Shown here: piece after piece, positions 27,296-42,476 of the stretch
How the letters are laid out: every line of letters begins with the position of its first letter
Position numbering within the stretch: position 1 is the first letter of the stretch
Assembly (NCBI GenBank): GCA_951406725.2
Contig: OX597822.1
Location: forward strand, 117,986,001 to 118,050,000
Direction: 5' to 3'
Source of the DNA: Octopus vulgaris
Taxonomy: Eukaryota
Length of the DNA: 64,000 bases
Translations under genes and position numbers: made by a program
The notes under the pieces: generated by a model
The model's database searches: none
Told to the model about the DNA's origin: nothing
The model's input: only the letters and a program-made list of their open reading frames with translations

Positions 27296-27556
27296 TTGCT
27301 CTTTCTGGCGAAATATATAGAACTGCGTAAGGGGAAAATTCGAGACAAAAGATAAGTAATTAGATAAACTCAAATTAGACAACCAACTTTTTATACGTAC
27401 TCGTACAGTTATAAATTAGACTTAAAATGCGTATATATATATATATATTAATACATATCGGCATATAAGAATATTTAAAAAAATATTTTCATGAATATAT
27501 ATATATATGAGGATACATTTCCCGATGAAGGGGATATTGTCCGCAAGGGGATATTA

Positions 27557-27641
27557 GGCAAGTGTCTTCTGCTATAGCGTCCGGACGACCAATGCCTTGT
27601 GAGTGGATTTGGTAGACGGAAACTGAAAAGAAGCCTGTCGA

Positions 27642-27688
<47 letters not shown>

Positions 27689-27898
27689 GTTGTGTGTCTG
27701 TGTTTGTCCCTCTAGCATTGCTTGACAACCGACGCTGGTGTGTTTATCTCCCCGTCACTTAGCGGTTCGGTAAAAGAGACCGATAGAATAAGTACTGGGC
27801 TTACAAAGAATAAGTCTCGGGGTCGATTTGCTCGACTAAAGATGGTGCTCCAGCATGGCCGCAGTCAAATGACTGAAACAAGTAAAAGAGAAAGAGAG
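27557..27898 (+). mobile_element. SINE family A, 5'-truncated
   Basis: ggcaagtgtcttctgctatagc...cagtcaaatgactgaaacaagtaaaagag. Confidence 0.92.
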
Positions 27899-28196
27899 AT
27901 ATATTTCATGAACATATTTTTATATGTCGTTATGTATTAATATATATATACCAAATATATACGTTTTTATTATTATTTTGCAATTTATTTAATCATCGGT
28001 ATATTATTGTTATTTTAATTTTGATATTTCTATTATATGTAATTTTCTAGATGGTTCGTTTTCAATTGATAAAAGGTGTTTTTTTCTAATTTTTATATGT
28101 TCATATTATATTTTGTGAAATTTGATTTAGTATTTCTAAACTGAATTTTCCCCTGTCAGTTAGGAATAATATTCCCTATAATAATTATATATATAT

Positions 28197-28257
28197 GGCG
28201 GTGCCCCAGCATGGCCACAGCTCAAGAGCTGAAACTGGAAAACATAAAGTAAACATA

Positions 28258-28260
<3 letters not shown>
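28197..28260 (+). mobile_element. Retroelement 3'-tail-only stub
   Basis: ggcggtgccccagcatggccacagctcaagagctgaaac followed by an aaacataa-like tail, inside (TA)n. Confidence 0.7.
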
Positions 28261-28299
<39 letters not shown>

Positions 28300-28499
28300 C
28301 ATACATAAAATACATGTAAATAAACCCCATGTGGGATATAGATAGAAAGAAGCGTGAGGAAAAGAACTGATGAAAATTTATTTTTGCACTAAAATAAAGA
28401 GCGCTTAAGTTTCAATTAAAAGAGCCATAAAATTCAATGTCTTTTCTTTTAATATATAAATGGTATATAAGGTTTATAATTCAATTCGGGGAAATTAAC

Positions 28500-28590
28500 T
28501 TTCAACAGCCGTTTTCAGAGTTCATGTCCTGGTAGGAAAATTAATAGAAATCTTACAAAATATGCGGACAATATCCCCTTCATCAGGAAA
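28500..28590 (-). ncRNA. Degenerate hammerhead motif with long stem II
   Basis: Minus strand reads tttc-CTGATGA-aggggatattgtcc...ggacatgaactct-GAAA-acggctg-TT-gaaa. Confidence 0.5.
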
Positions 28591-28789
28591 TGTATCCTCA
28601 TAAAATCACATTCTTGACATTTTTGGCTGAATCTTTTAATTGAAGCTCTTAAGCACTCTTAATTGAAATACGAAAAAATTTTATCAGTTGTTTTTCTCAC
28701 GCTTCTTTCCATATATAGATACTATATGGGTTAATTTACATGTATTTTTGAGGATATTTATTTATATATATATATATATATAGATAGAG

Positions 28790-28894
<105 letters not shown>

Positions 28895-29056
28895 CTTATA
28901 TTTTTTAAATATTCATATATGTTGATATGTATAAATATATATATACACAGTTTAGGTCGAATTTATGACTGTATGAGTATGTATAAAACGTTTATTGCCT
29001 AATTTGAGTTTATAACTTAATTCTCATATATATATATATATATATACATTTATGTG

Positions 29057-29118
<62 letters not shown>

Positions 29119-29198
29119 TATACATATATATATACATACATATGCATGTATGTATATGTATCTATATATATATATGTGTATGTATGTATATATATATG

Positions 29199-29242
<44 letters not shown>

Positions 29243-29279
29243 GATATATATATACTTACATATACATATACTTACATAC

Positions 29280-29658
29280 TCTTTTACTCTTTTACTTGTT
29301 TCAGTCATTTGACTGCGGCCATGCTGGAGCACCGCCTTTAGTCGAGCAAATCGACCCCAGAACTTATTCTTTGTAAGCCTAGTACTTATTCTACCGGTCT
29401 CTTTTGCCGAACCGCTAGGTTACGGGGACATGAATACACCAGCATTGGTTGTCAAGCAATGTTGGGAGGACAAACACAGACACACAAACACACACATATA
29501 TATATATACATATACGCGACAGGCTTCTTTTCAGTTTCCGTCTACCAAATCCACTCATACGGCTATAGTAGAAGACGCCCAAAGTGCCACGCAGTGGGAC
29601 TGAACCCGAACCATGTGGTTGGTAAGCAAGCTACTTACCACACGGCCACTTCTGCGCC
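29280..29658 (-). mobile_element. SINE family A, near full length
   Basis: Matches 24976-25404 with an internal deletion. Confidence 0.92.
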
Positions 29659-31057
29659 TATACATATTACATATATACGTGTGTGTGTGTGTATTTTTGA
29701 GAGAGAAAGAGAGAGTGGGGGAGGAACTGATTTGAAGAAATAGAGAATAATTTTTTCGAGCTAATTATCATGATTAGAGAAAAGAATATTTGATCTGTGT
29801 TTGAAAGTAAGGATAAGAGCTTATGTTTCGACACTTCTGACCTCGTCAGGACCATGCGATCACAAATTCTTTTACTTATATTAAACTTTTAATAACCAAA
29901 ATATGACTAATTCTCTGTATGTAAATTGCTACTCAAATAACTGCCGCCCCTGTTGGACCATTGCTATTTAAAATATATCTTTGGACCATACTTTACATGT
30001 TTAGCTTTAATTCATATTATATCATAAGCTTTGCTAACAAATATATATGATTCACGGATTCATCTTTCGCTGTTATTTGGCCTATGATGCTATACAAATT
30101 TCCCTAACATGAGCTCTACTAGAAAAACCATTTGAGTAATCCTTCAATTTAATATTAGTTGTTTTTACGTATGGCTTGACATAAAAAAAAAACATTAATG
30201 TGTGTGTGTGTGTGTTCGCACGCTGAAACGACCAAATAGCCCAATAGTTTATATGGCCATAGTTGTTCCTCAGCTACGGATAGAGACAAACTTTCCTTTT
30301 GCTAAGCACGTAAATTAGCCTGAGAAATCCATTTGTGTTTCAAAGACAATTTCAAGAGTAAAATAAATTTGTTGCCTTCAGCCTTCAGTATGTCATTATT
30401 TAACATACCATCCAAATTCACACCATTACATCTTTTGACGCATTTTAATTATAGAAAACATTCCATGTACGTGTGTGAGTGTATATAAATGTGTGTGTGT
30501 GTCTGTGTCTGTGTGTCTGTGTGCCTGTGTGTCTGAGTGCGTGAGTGCTGTTGCTATGACCTTTTGCTGCTGATCAGATGTTTTTTCGATCTGTGACCGA
30601 AGTTGTTCTATTCATTAAAATCCTGTAGTTTATTTACGAGAAAAACTTCAGCTAACACAATCCATGACCTGCAAATGACACCTCTGTATTCCTCTTTTTA
30701 CATGCCTAACTGAATCCAAAACTATTACAAAATTGCTCTATCAAACCAGAATAACCATCTCAACTATTTCTTTCTCTCAATCCACACTCCACAATCATAC
30801 TTTCCTCCAATTCCTCTCTTTCTCCTCCCCTTACACAACAGTTTTTCCTCCCTACATAACTAATTCTCATTAACATTACTCCTCCTATCCATTAAACACC
30901 CCCACCAAAATCTACAGAAAACCAGAAATATTAATGTAGGCCAGTTCGATAACGACTGCTAAACCGAAAGTTCGAAACCACTACTAAAACGCATTCAATA
31001 ATCCTTCACTTTAATGTTAAATTGTTTTTATATATTACATATCTCTACATAAAAACA

Positions 31058-31113
<56 letters not shown>

Positions 31114-32418
31114 GTATATGAATACATATGTACATATGTGTGTGTAATGATTCATCATATATACTGGAGCCCTAAAACCTCATGAAACTTCACTTCAAAT
31201 TTCTCGTCATAAATCTTCGGACAATGGAAAATAGCCTTATGTGCGAAGACAAAACTCACTATAGTATACATATTTGAATGCGTGTACATATGTATATGTA
31301 TGTGTTAGAGTTGAATGGCGTAGAATTTTACGAGTGACTGTGCTCCTGGCTACGCGGACGTAGAATGTGAAGTAGACAACTGTAAACGTAATTACCACAG
31401 AACTTGAGGTTTTTTTTTTCCTTCAAACCGCTAGAATTCACGTCTCTGCCACGCGCACAACTTATATTGAAGTATCGTATGGATCGAAGTCTGCTGACGT
31501 AAACTCGTACTAATATTTTGGACTGACTTTACTTGCAAAATGGGATTCTTTCCAGTTTAGTACGTTTTATAAATCCACAGATAATTGACTCATAATTATC
31601 TTATTCATAGACCGTAAGATCTAATATGTACTAATATTTTTCGCTCACTGATTATAGTCTGAAATTACAAAAAGGAAAGAAATTCATCACTAAACAAATA
31701 AAAGATACCAGTTCCAATATAAATTCTCTGTTCAACTGTCTGCGAAAATGTGTTGTCTCTAGTAATATATTCATAACTAATAAACAGCTTAACATAACTG
31801 TGAGTGACCATATAATACTAATGTCACTTCCTATCGCCAAGCTGGCAACGGTATGAGATCAAATTTAAGATTTAACATGCTTGTATGAGGAATGAATAAT
31901 TATCGAGAGAAATATTGGCGTGAAAGACAATGGCGTCATTCTAAGGATTCATATAGTAATTTATCAATACTGAAGAAACATATTTAAATATATTCGAATT
32001 CACATTCGGAGAAATACAGAAGCATGTATTACTTATTGCTATATAAACGTATGTTAATATTACAACACATGAAGGGGCGAGGGTCTGGCAGAATCGTTAG
32101 CACAGGGGGTAAATTACTTTGCATCTCGTATATCGTTAATTAGCCCCTTCCCCGAAACGGCTGGCCTTCTGGCACAATTTGAAGCCAAGATTCTTGCACA
32201 CGAATGTGAACTTACAAACATATCGGATGAGCTTATATGTCTGCATGCGCGCGTGCATATGTGCGTGTAAAACTACAAAATTATGAATACATGCATATAA
32301 CATCGCGTGGGTTTATAGAGAATTATTGACTTTTGTTGACATGTATGTGTGTGCTTCCAAGACCTTGACTACAAAATCATAACCCGCCTCTATAGAAATA
32401 TATACCTAATACGTTCTT

Positions 32419-32471
<53 letters not shown>

Positions 32472-32521
32472 CAGATATATATATATACATACATACATAC
32501 ATACATACATACATACATACA

Positions 32522-32560
<39 letters not shown>

Positions 32561-33126
32561 TTTAAATTGTTTTAGCTTTGAATTTGTGGTAATGCTGGGG
32601 CACATATATGTATATATATGTACTGGGTGTTCGTAAATTACCTTTATAAATTGAAAAATGGAGAAAAAAATACAAAAAGCAAAAACAATGCAACATAGCT
32701 TATTGGAAAACAGACAAATAAAATTTTGTTAAAAACATCAGACCAATTCCTCGTGGACTCCATTGACTGCATGCAACCAGTTATAACAATAAACTGTGGG
32801 TGTTGTAAATATAATTTATGGACAACTAGTATAAACACACACGCACACATATATAACATAATATTATGTTGAACTGTTGTATATCTAAATGTGGCCAAAT
32901 GCGTTTTTTTTTTCTTTTTTTCAGTATATATTTTTACTTGCAATAGCCGGTTCTTTCGGTCAAACTATCGTATCTCAAGCTGCTTCAGAAGTCAAGATAT
33001 CAAAAATCGTCTGAGTGCAGTAAAACGGATTTGCTATGGAATGGTGAAACTATTTTTTCGTTTTCTGGAAAAAGGCAACGTTTTGGACTTACAATACTTT
33101 TGCATAATTGTACTGGTATATACATA

Positions 33127-33362
33127 AGGCACCGAGCTGGCAGAATCGTTAGCACGCCGAGCGAAATGCTTAGCGCTATCTCGTCTGCTGCTACGTTCTG
33201 GGTTCAAATTCCGCCGAGGTCGACTTTGCCTTTCATCATTTCCTTTCGGGGTTAATTAAATAAGTACAAGTTACGCACTGGGGTCGATGTAATCGACTTA
33301 ATCCCATCGTCTGGCCTTGTTTTTCCCCTCTATGTTTAGCCCCTTGAGGGCAATAAAGAAAC
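33127..33362 (+). mobile_element. SINE family B, full length
   Basis: gagctggcagaatcgttagcacgccg...ggttcaaattccgccgaggtcgac...ggcaataaagaa. Confidence 0.92.
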
Positions 33363-34338
33363 AATATATATATCGTTACTCTTGTGCAAAAGTGTCGTAA
33401 CTCCAAGAAGTAGCTTTTTATTTTCAGAAAACGAATAGTTTCACCTTTCCATAGCAAAACCCACTCTTTTGTTAAAAACATCAGAACACTTCCTCGTGGA
33501 AGTGTTTTGATGTTATATACACACAATGTTATATATATATATACACACAAACATAAGCACACGGGTGGAGATAAGATATACGTCGCTGCATAATACCATC
33601 CATCACCATGGCATCACTAAGTCTACTACTCAGAAGCTTAACAGCACGATTGTTGACTGAGAAGTATTATATTTCAGAGATATACACACATACACGCACG
33701 TTCAAGACAAACGTAAAACTAAATATATATTAAATATGTATGATATAAATATATTAATTCTTGCAGTATTGATCGTTGTTTCATAATTTCAGCTATAGGT
33801 TGAGATTAATTTACAGAGATAAAATAAAATATAGCAATGACATTTAATCTCCCATCTCACATTTTTGAAAACTAATAATGAATTTGTTAAGCCATTTTAT
33901 ATATATTTTCATAAATATGTTTTTTTATTAATATATTGATACTAAATACATTCGTGTATTATTCTTCATTGTACAATATAATTTTGAATTTCTTTTGCAT
34001 TTTCCTGATTCTTTCATTGTCATAGAAATATTCCTTATTTCCATTATCCTGATTCGTCATCATTCTTAAAAAACTTTTCCTAATATGAGAGAGCTTATCT
34101 CAGTTTTCAATGCGTTACGCGTTTCTCGGCTGAAATACCTCTTCTCCGACCTTCCCCAGTTCCATCCCGCTTAACGATAGCGTACCGCGACAATATGTAG
34201 AAATGAAGAAGAAAAGACAGATGCAAACTAACAAAAGGAGGAGTACAATAGTAATACTGTGCTTTTGCTGCTACCATTACCGATTCTGCTGCATGAAATA
34301 AGGAATTAGATGTATACTAAAACAAACTCGATAATATG

Positions 34339-34410
<72 letters not shown>

Positions 34411-34591
34411 CTGTCTATCTATCTGTTTATCTATCTATCTATATATCTCCTATATACACACACATATATATATACATATATCAGTGTATTGGCTTTAGAA
34501 TAACCCTCTTTAGCCCTTAATTATATGATGCTTATATGATGTTTATACATATATATACATATATAAATATATATATATATATACATATGTA

Positions 34592-34633
<42 letters not shown>

Positions 34634-36187
34634 CATAGATACATACATACATGCATACATATATACATACATGCATACATATATACATACATACATACAA
34701 ACATACATACAGACAAGCATACTAAGTAGATTGAACCATAGATCATATATGTGTGTATGCATGTATATATGTATGTGTCTGAGTGAGTGTGTGTGTGTGT
34801 GTGTGTAGTTTACTGTTCAAATATAGGTAGAATCAACAAAAAAGTACTCCATCCAGTGAGAGATAAATATCATTTAATAAACACAATTGCAAAAGAGCAA
34901 CTAACAGTTTCATACCTTTAGAATACATTAAAATGGCAGATGCATGCATCATGCCATGTAGCTCCAAGCAATCTTTCAGACTCATTACATACGTTTCATG
35001 TATTTAAAAAAAGAAAGATTGGACAACTGACTATTACAGCGGGTGGTGTTCTCCAGTTCATCAAAAGAAACCTATCTATGTGTTTGCAGCTGCTGACAAT
35101 TTCGGATTTGGAATTAAGTAGCTATCTCACAGAATTTGGCCTCCTTTATGTTATATTATGCTACTCCAACTACATTAATTATGGTTTCTACAGACAAAGA
35201 GAACGATGACCTTAGTTTTCTTACTTCTCTTTCTTCTCGTTCCACATTTTGCATCAATCTTCTTCACAGATTTTTCATTCTTGTTTTCTTTTTCTTCTCG
35301 TTTTTTCCTCATGTTTTCTCATTGTGTTGGGTCCGAGTTTTTAAAGACGTCTAACGTATGACCTGAGACTGGACTTTTGCTTGGAGACAGATGGCATGTT
35401 ATATAAACCTACCAATTTAATGTATCTTAAAGCATGAAACTACTAGTAGATCTTTTGCAATTCTGTTTCTTAGTTGGTCCAAGGCTACAGCCGAGCTGTG
35501 GAATAGAATCTGCAATAAGGTAGTTGGGACGCAAAATTCCATTCCCTCACGGTACAGACTGCATATTGGCATGTCGCTTCGCTTACCATATGAACATACC
35601 ATATGTACAACTTGCAATTTATAATTTATATTCAAAAAACCTCTATTGTTTACGCTATCGGAAATTACAATTCTAATTCCGTGATTTGTTTTTTGTGATA
35701 AACATAATAGTTACAGTGTGATAAACACTGCATTGTGTTAGATATTAAATTGGGAGAACCTGTCTGCTGGTGATTCAATGCCTAAAGAGTTGTGAGATTG
35801 CCAAGTGATAAGAAGAGAGATAATAACAATAGCTTATTTAGTAAAATACTGGTCTAAACATTAGAATACAGAGCAGCAATTTTCATGTAATCGGATGCCT
35901 CTCGAGCGGCAGCCATTTTCTTAGAATCGAATTTATAAGGCAATATATCACTTACTTCTGTCAGGCCATACATTTAAATATCTGTCTATCTAGCTATATA
36001 TACACATGTATATATATATATATGTAATTATAAATTAGGGTATCTACGAGATACCACCATAACGACCTTAATTTATAATTTTAATAATTATTACCTTTGA
36101 AGGTTATTTTTTCCATGCTGACCACTTGAAAAAAGCATTATTTTATTTTTAAATTAACGATCTTATCCTTATTTATATAAAGTTTTA

Positions 36188-36254
<67 letters not shown>

Positions 36255-36599
36255 CAACAGAAAAATATTTTCTCTGCCAATATACTGAAAAAAAGACTAG
36301 TATCTGAGGGTGTAGGATTACATCTATATTGCTAGAAACAAGAGTTCTAACGACATTTAATTCCAATCTAAACAAACTTACCAGTATAGTAATCTCGCTC
36401 GCTGTGGGGTGGTTATATCCCCTGTCAGTACAGAGACAACGTGATTTTGTTGCTATAAGGGTGTTTGACTGTTGTTTCTAGTAGCAATGTAAGTGCTACC
36501 AATCACCCTCAGTCACTATTAGTGGCAATTGAATTTTTCCTTTCTGGTTTTATATTGCGTCTTAGCCACCGTCGTTATGATATATATATATATATATAG

Positions 36600-36685
36600 G
36601 TTATAGCAGAAGACACTTGCCCAATGTGCCACGCAATGGGACTGAACATGGAACCATGTTGTTGGGAAGCAGCCACGCCTGCACC
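36600..36685 (-). mobile_element. SINE family A head fragment
   Basis: agaagacacttgccc...gggactgaac...gccacgcctgcacc. Confidence 0.75.
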
Positions 36686-37418
36686 TACGATATGTATAAT
36701 TGTCTTATTCTTTCTTTCTTTCTTTCTTTGTGGCTATGAAAAGAACCTCTGTACACCTTCGGGCAACCCAAATTACTAATGTAAATGTGTGCAAGGAAAA
36801 CTCGATAAACAAGTGTATTTGAAAGACAATTCCTTGCCTCATTTGACTCCACCTAATTGCACAAACAAAAATGAAAATAAATGCTCTTGAAAGCAGGAAG
36901 GTAATATTTGTCAGTCGACTGATATATTTTTAAAATTTCACTTGCCACTGCTGGGTGTTTATGAGAAAGGCAAAGGAAAGGGTCTGTGAAAGCAGGATCA
37001 TGGGTTACAGTAGGAGAATGTTGTGTATGAAAATGCTACTTTTTCAGATCAGATTGAATCCTGGATTGAATGCTGACAACATTGGAATACATTAAAGACG
37101 TTCGGGTATCATAATGTAACGTTAAACCGAGCAAAGGGAAATGAGATGTTGAAGTTCGGATACGTGATACGGAGAACTGAAAAACTGATGCCAATTTTAT
37201 TCTCTTGTGTTTTCTCATTCATCGGATTGCAGCCCTGCTAAGGCAGCGCTCTGAAGAGTAAATGTACCAAACTGGATCCCAGTTTAATTTAAGTCTGGTG
37301 CATAACCTTTGCTCTATCGTTTGCTTTCACTGTACTGCTAAATCAGAGCGACATAAACTAACCGCCACCAATTGTCAAGTGGTGAGACACAAACACGACA
37401 CATACATACGGACACATC

Positions 37419-37458
<40 letters not shown>

Positions 37459-38766
37459 CTCTTTCCTTCTCTGTATATACACACAAATACACACACATAT
37501 ATATACACTTATATGCATATGTATATATATTTATGTGTGTGTGTGTGTGTAAGTATGTATGTATATACGTACGTATTTACTATCATCCAGTGCATTTAAA
37601 ACCTTAAATTACGTGGAAAGTAAGCAGTATTTAGAAATGTATGGGTATTTCCGTCCGTGTATTAATAATTGTAGCCTTTGTTATGAAATCCAGGCTTCAG
37701 TGTTATTCAAAGTATATACAGAACACAAAACATGAGAGACCCTTTATGAGATATTTAATTACATTAACCTACATCACATACGCTTCATTAACACAAGGTG
37801 GTTATTATTTACATAATCAAATGTTATTCTCAAATCATCAGAGACGTTTAACCTTTATACGCAGCATAATTTGATTGGACAGAATTCACCACCGGAGTGA
37901 TGACTAGTGTCAGTCCATTTGATAATCTAACGAGACGGCAATAAGATGTGATTATGTAATTTATATTCGGCCACTAATAATCACCCTATGTATACGAAAC
38001 TTAGCGAAGACGATGTAACTAAATATCATACAAAACAATTCCTCAACTTTGTCTGTGTCACAGACTCCCGCATAAACACATAGCTGTGTATACTCTTATG
38101 TATGTTCGCATGTGAGGAGTATATCGACCATAGATCTTGGAAACCAAAACCGTACACTAAATAGGGATTAAGTACAGGTATTATTTAAAACGAATATGTT
38201 TATTAGTACCAATAAGCGGGATCAACTTTAACTTTCGCCCTTGAAGAGTAGATAGAATAGAACACAGTTGATCACTTCGATCGAATTTGCCAGCCTTGTG
38301 CCGATATTTGGAACTAAGATATATATATATATATATATTTCGTTTTTGGATTTGGTTTGCAAGATTCTTTATGTGAGTTCGTGTGTTGAAGCATATTCTG
38401 TTGTGTCTGGCGCAACGAAAATTTTAGGGAAATGAAAATAAGGAATAAGTGGAAATTTTACCGGGGAGTGTGTTAAATTATAAAGCACAAAAAGAAAATG
38501 ACTCTCTCCAGACACAAAAGAGTATAAGGTATTTGCCCAAAGTGTCACAGAGTGGGACTGAACCCGGAACCATGTGGTTGAGAAACCAGCTCATTTTAAA
38601 ATGCTTTTTGCCAAATTCCTTTAAACAAGTGAAAAAACAAAAGAATAAAAATATAAAGTAACTCTCCCCAGACACAACAGAATATGTATGTGTATATGTA
38701 TGTATGTATGTATATATATATATATATATGCATATATGCATACACATATGCATGTGTATATGTATG

Positions 38767-38808
<42 letters not shown>

Positions 38809-39033
38809 TATATGCATACACATATGCATGTGTATATGTATGTAAACATATACATATATATAGACACATACCTGCAGTCACTCTCCCTCATTCTGACTCC
38901 CTCTCTCTTTCACTCTCTCTCTCCCTCTCTCCCTCTCTCTCCTTCCAATTCACTAATTTCCTCATCTCCATTTTAGGCTGTCTCCTGTCTATCTAATGTC
39001 TGTTTGTCTGATCCCTTTCTCCCTCTCTATTTC

Positions 39034-39034
<1 letters not shown>

Positions 39035-39122
<88 letters not shown>

Positions 39123-39195
39123 CGTATATATGTATATATGCATATATATATATATCTGTGTGTGTATATATATATATATATAGATAGATAGATAG

Positions 39196-39228
<33 letters not shown>

Positions 39229-39248
39229 TATACATACATACATACATG

Positions 39249-39280
<32 letters not shown>

Positions 39281-39484
39281 CATATACATACATACATACA
39301 TAGATACATACATACATACACACATACATACATACATACATAGATACATATATACATACATACATACACACACACATACATACATACATACATACATACA
39401 TACATACACACATACATACATACATACACACATACATACATACATACATACATACATACATACATACATACATACATACATACA

Positions 39485-39516
<32 letters not shown>

Positions 39517-39524
39517 CACACACA

Positions 39525-39556
<32 letters not shown>

Positions 39557-39694
39557 CACACACACATACATACATACATACATACATACATACACACACA
39601 CATACATACATACATACATACATACATACATACATACATACATACATACATACACACACACATACATACATACATACATACATACATACATACA

Positions 39695-39726
<32 letters not shown>

Positions 39727-39776
39727 CACATACATACATACATACATACATACTTACATACATACATACATACATA
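39035..39776. repeat. Long compound (TA)n/(TACA)n microsatellite
   Basis: ~740 bp, mostly TACA with periodic CACA variants. Confidence 0.98.
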
Positions 39777-40147
39777 CTACGATGCCCACTTACGTATTCA
39801 TCTCGCCTACTCCTCGTCTCCGCCGTTTAATTTCTCACCGATCTTGTCTATAGTTTAGATGTGCCTAGACGGTAACGTTCAAAATTAGACTGCAGCAGCG
39901 AGAAGAGAATGCACTGGTAGTCTCTATTATTAATTAATCAATATATTTCATCAATATCGGGTCTGTTATATTCCATTCTCTTAATAATTAATCGGTCTTT
40001 CATTCAGATTGTAATTCAGTCACACTGCACTTCATTTAAACTGACAATGGAGGCTTTCTGAAGAACAGTGAAAGATTTAATCCGAAATGTATTGCCGACT
40101 GCCGTATCTGCCTACATTATTCAAGCTACTCAAAAACAAGGAAGTGG

Positions 40148-40206
<59 letters not shown>

Positions 40207-40359
40207 AGAGAAAGCACATAGATGCGAAACAAGGTGGGGAAAATGGTATAGATTATTTGGTATGTGCATATACTGCTAAATGTATGTGTAATCCAACGTG
40301 AAACTTTTTTGAAACGGATGTAACTTTTAATGTATTAATTGATTAATATTTTACAAGTA

Positions 40360-40690
40360 ATTATATACCCTGGGTATTTAGGCCCTGTTCTTCGTTATAA
40401 GCTATTCTTGATTTAAGGTTTTCTTCGATTTTATAAGACATTTCTCTAATTCTTAGTGCTGTATTTGCCAAATCTTAACCGTCATTCACATACTACTGCA
40501 AGAATGTCTGCTAATTAGGACAGAACACATGTTCATAGCTATCGTCTTACCCCCAGGAAAATCAGTTTGTCTTTTCTACAATGTCATGTTAATGCCTCGA
40601 AATTGTCGGTAGCTTGAGTTTGTCTGCCCAACTCATTCAGAATCGGTTACAACAGTCCATTTTACTAAGTATATTTTACTTCATCTCCCG
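40360..40690 (-). pseudogene. Decayed GIY-YIG endonuclease remnant, probably Penelope-like
   Basis: Minus-strand translation gives IYLVKW...VGQT...RH and a terminal QGLNTQG, following GIY-YIG motif order. Frameshifted. Confidence 0.35.
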
Positions 40691-40794
40691 ATAAAGATAA
40701 TTTCAATATATCACGAGTGTGTTTTGTAAGACATTTAGAGTAGCTGTATTTCTGTATTTGTCCTCGAGATATATGTATCAGTGCATACATGGAA

Positions 40795-40926
<132 letters not shown>

Positions 40927-40964
40927 TACATATATATATATACACACACACACATGTATATGTA

Positions 40965-41523
40965 TATTGTACTTGTGTTAGTCATTCGACTGCTGCCATG
41001 TTCAGGCACCGCCTTGAAGTATTTTAGTCGAACGAATCAACACATGTACATCTTTAAGCCTCGTACTTGTTCGATGACTTCGTTTTGCCGAATTGCTAAG
41101 TAACGTGGACGTCAATACACCAACACCGGTTGTCAAGTGGTAGGGTAACAGACATAAAGACACACACACATAAACGCATATGTATATATATATATATACA
41201 TATATAGTTCAAATTTATAGGAAAACAAAGACAAAGACAGGTGTAGGAAAAACAAGCAAGTGTATTAGTTTGATGCTCGGGAAAATAGAAAAGTCTTTTG
41301 CGGCTGGAGCCTACAACTCTTCGACAGAAATAAATAACAGGAAATAAATAGAGAGAGAATTTTTTTTAAAAAACCTGTTGAGAATTTTTTAAAAAGTGTT
41401 GAGCAACATATATTCACAAATCTTTAATCGCACCGAAGCTGTAGTAGAAAACACTTGCCCAAGGTCTCTCGAAGTGTAACTGAACCCGGAACCAAGTAGA
41501 GGAGCAAACGTGTTACCACACAT

Positions 41524-41525
<2 letters not shown>
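40965..41525 (-). mobile_element. SINE family A, interrupted by a decayed Penelope-type tail (~41205-41400)
   Basis: SINE tail at 40965-41160 and head at 41420-41525. The insert reads ctgtcgaagagttgtaggctc on the minus strand (hammerhead relic). Confidence 0.7.
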
Positions 41526-41575
<50 letters not shown>

Positions 41576-42358
41576 TCTACTTAATTACATAACCGCAGTG
41601 ATTGAGATTCTTATGCAATTCTTCAATTAACCGAAAGCACGTAATAGCTGATAAATTTCGAGATTCCAGTATATTGTTCGTACTAATCTATACCGCTGAT
41701 TCTATAGTATATAATCTATACTAACACAACGATTCAACACATTTTTAGACACACTATTCACTATAAGCTTTGTATACACATCGTTTATCGCGTTATCTAT
41801 TCTTATTGATTTGTATATTTACTAGTATAACAATGGTTAGACTCACATCCTATCTGGGGCATTTTGAAACTTCCTTTTGTATTTTTCAGTTACCGAAATT
41901 TTGCGATGATTCATGACTTCCAACAATGAATATTAACACAGCAATGACAATAGGGGAATCATACGGGTTAATAAGAGGAAAATTTTAAATGTTCATATAA
42001 CCGATATCGAAATAAATAAAACGGTGGCCATTGCTATTCACCGGTAAATTCAAAAGTAACGTTTTTTACGAAGTTGTATCTACAATGAAATTCAGTTAAG
42101 TTACATAACTAAGTTCCATTACATAACTAAACACAATATACGTATGATTAAATCGGAATATGTGTTAATCAATAAAATGATAAGGATTAAATGAATAAAC
42201 CTGGCTCGATTTACATTCCCCGCGTTTTTTATTCTTTTGCTTTTTAGTTCATATTTTCCTGTGCATCAAATACTACGAAAACGGAAGCTTCCAGAATCAT
42301 TTAACTCACATCACTCTAGATAACTGTTCAATTCCGTTTCTATGCAACAGTTCGTTAT

Positions 42359-42476
42359 CTTCTTCTTCTTCTTCTTCTTCTTCTTCTTCTTCTTCTTCTT
42401 CTTCTTCTTCTTCTTCTTCTTCTTCTTCTTCTTCTTCTTCTTCTTCTTCTTCTTCTTCTTCTTCTTCTTCTTCTTC
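42359..42476. repeat. (TTC)n microsatellite, possibly the (GAA)n tail of the adjacent minus-strand element
   Basis: Pure trinucleotide array. Confidence 0.97.

Noticed and set aside
29810-29853. Minus-strand CTGACGA...GAAA hammerhead candidate
   Set aside because: Stem I and the UH site are missing and stem II is poor; at most a relic.
31652-31840. Hydrophobic minus-strand ORF resembling a TM exon
   Set aside because: Opposite strand to the host exon, no convincing donor, and AT-rich DNA yields hydrophobic peptides by chance.
35474-35518. Candidate second exon (ELWNRIC resembles GLW..C)
   Set aside because: The reading phase does not match the phase-1 donor at 12506, and the donor is weak.
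37245-37350. CTGAAGA inside small hairpins
   Set aside because: No properly placed GAAA...UH, so it is not a hammerhead.
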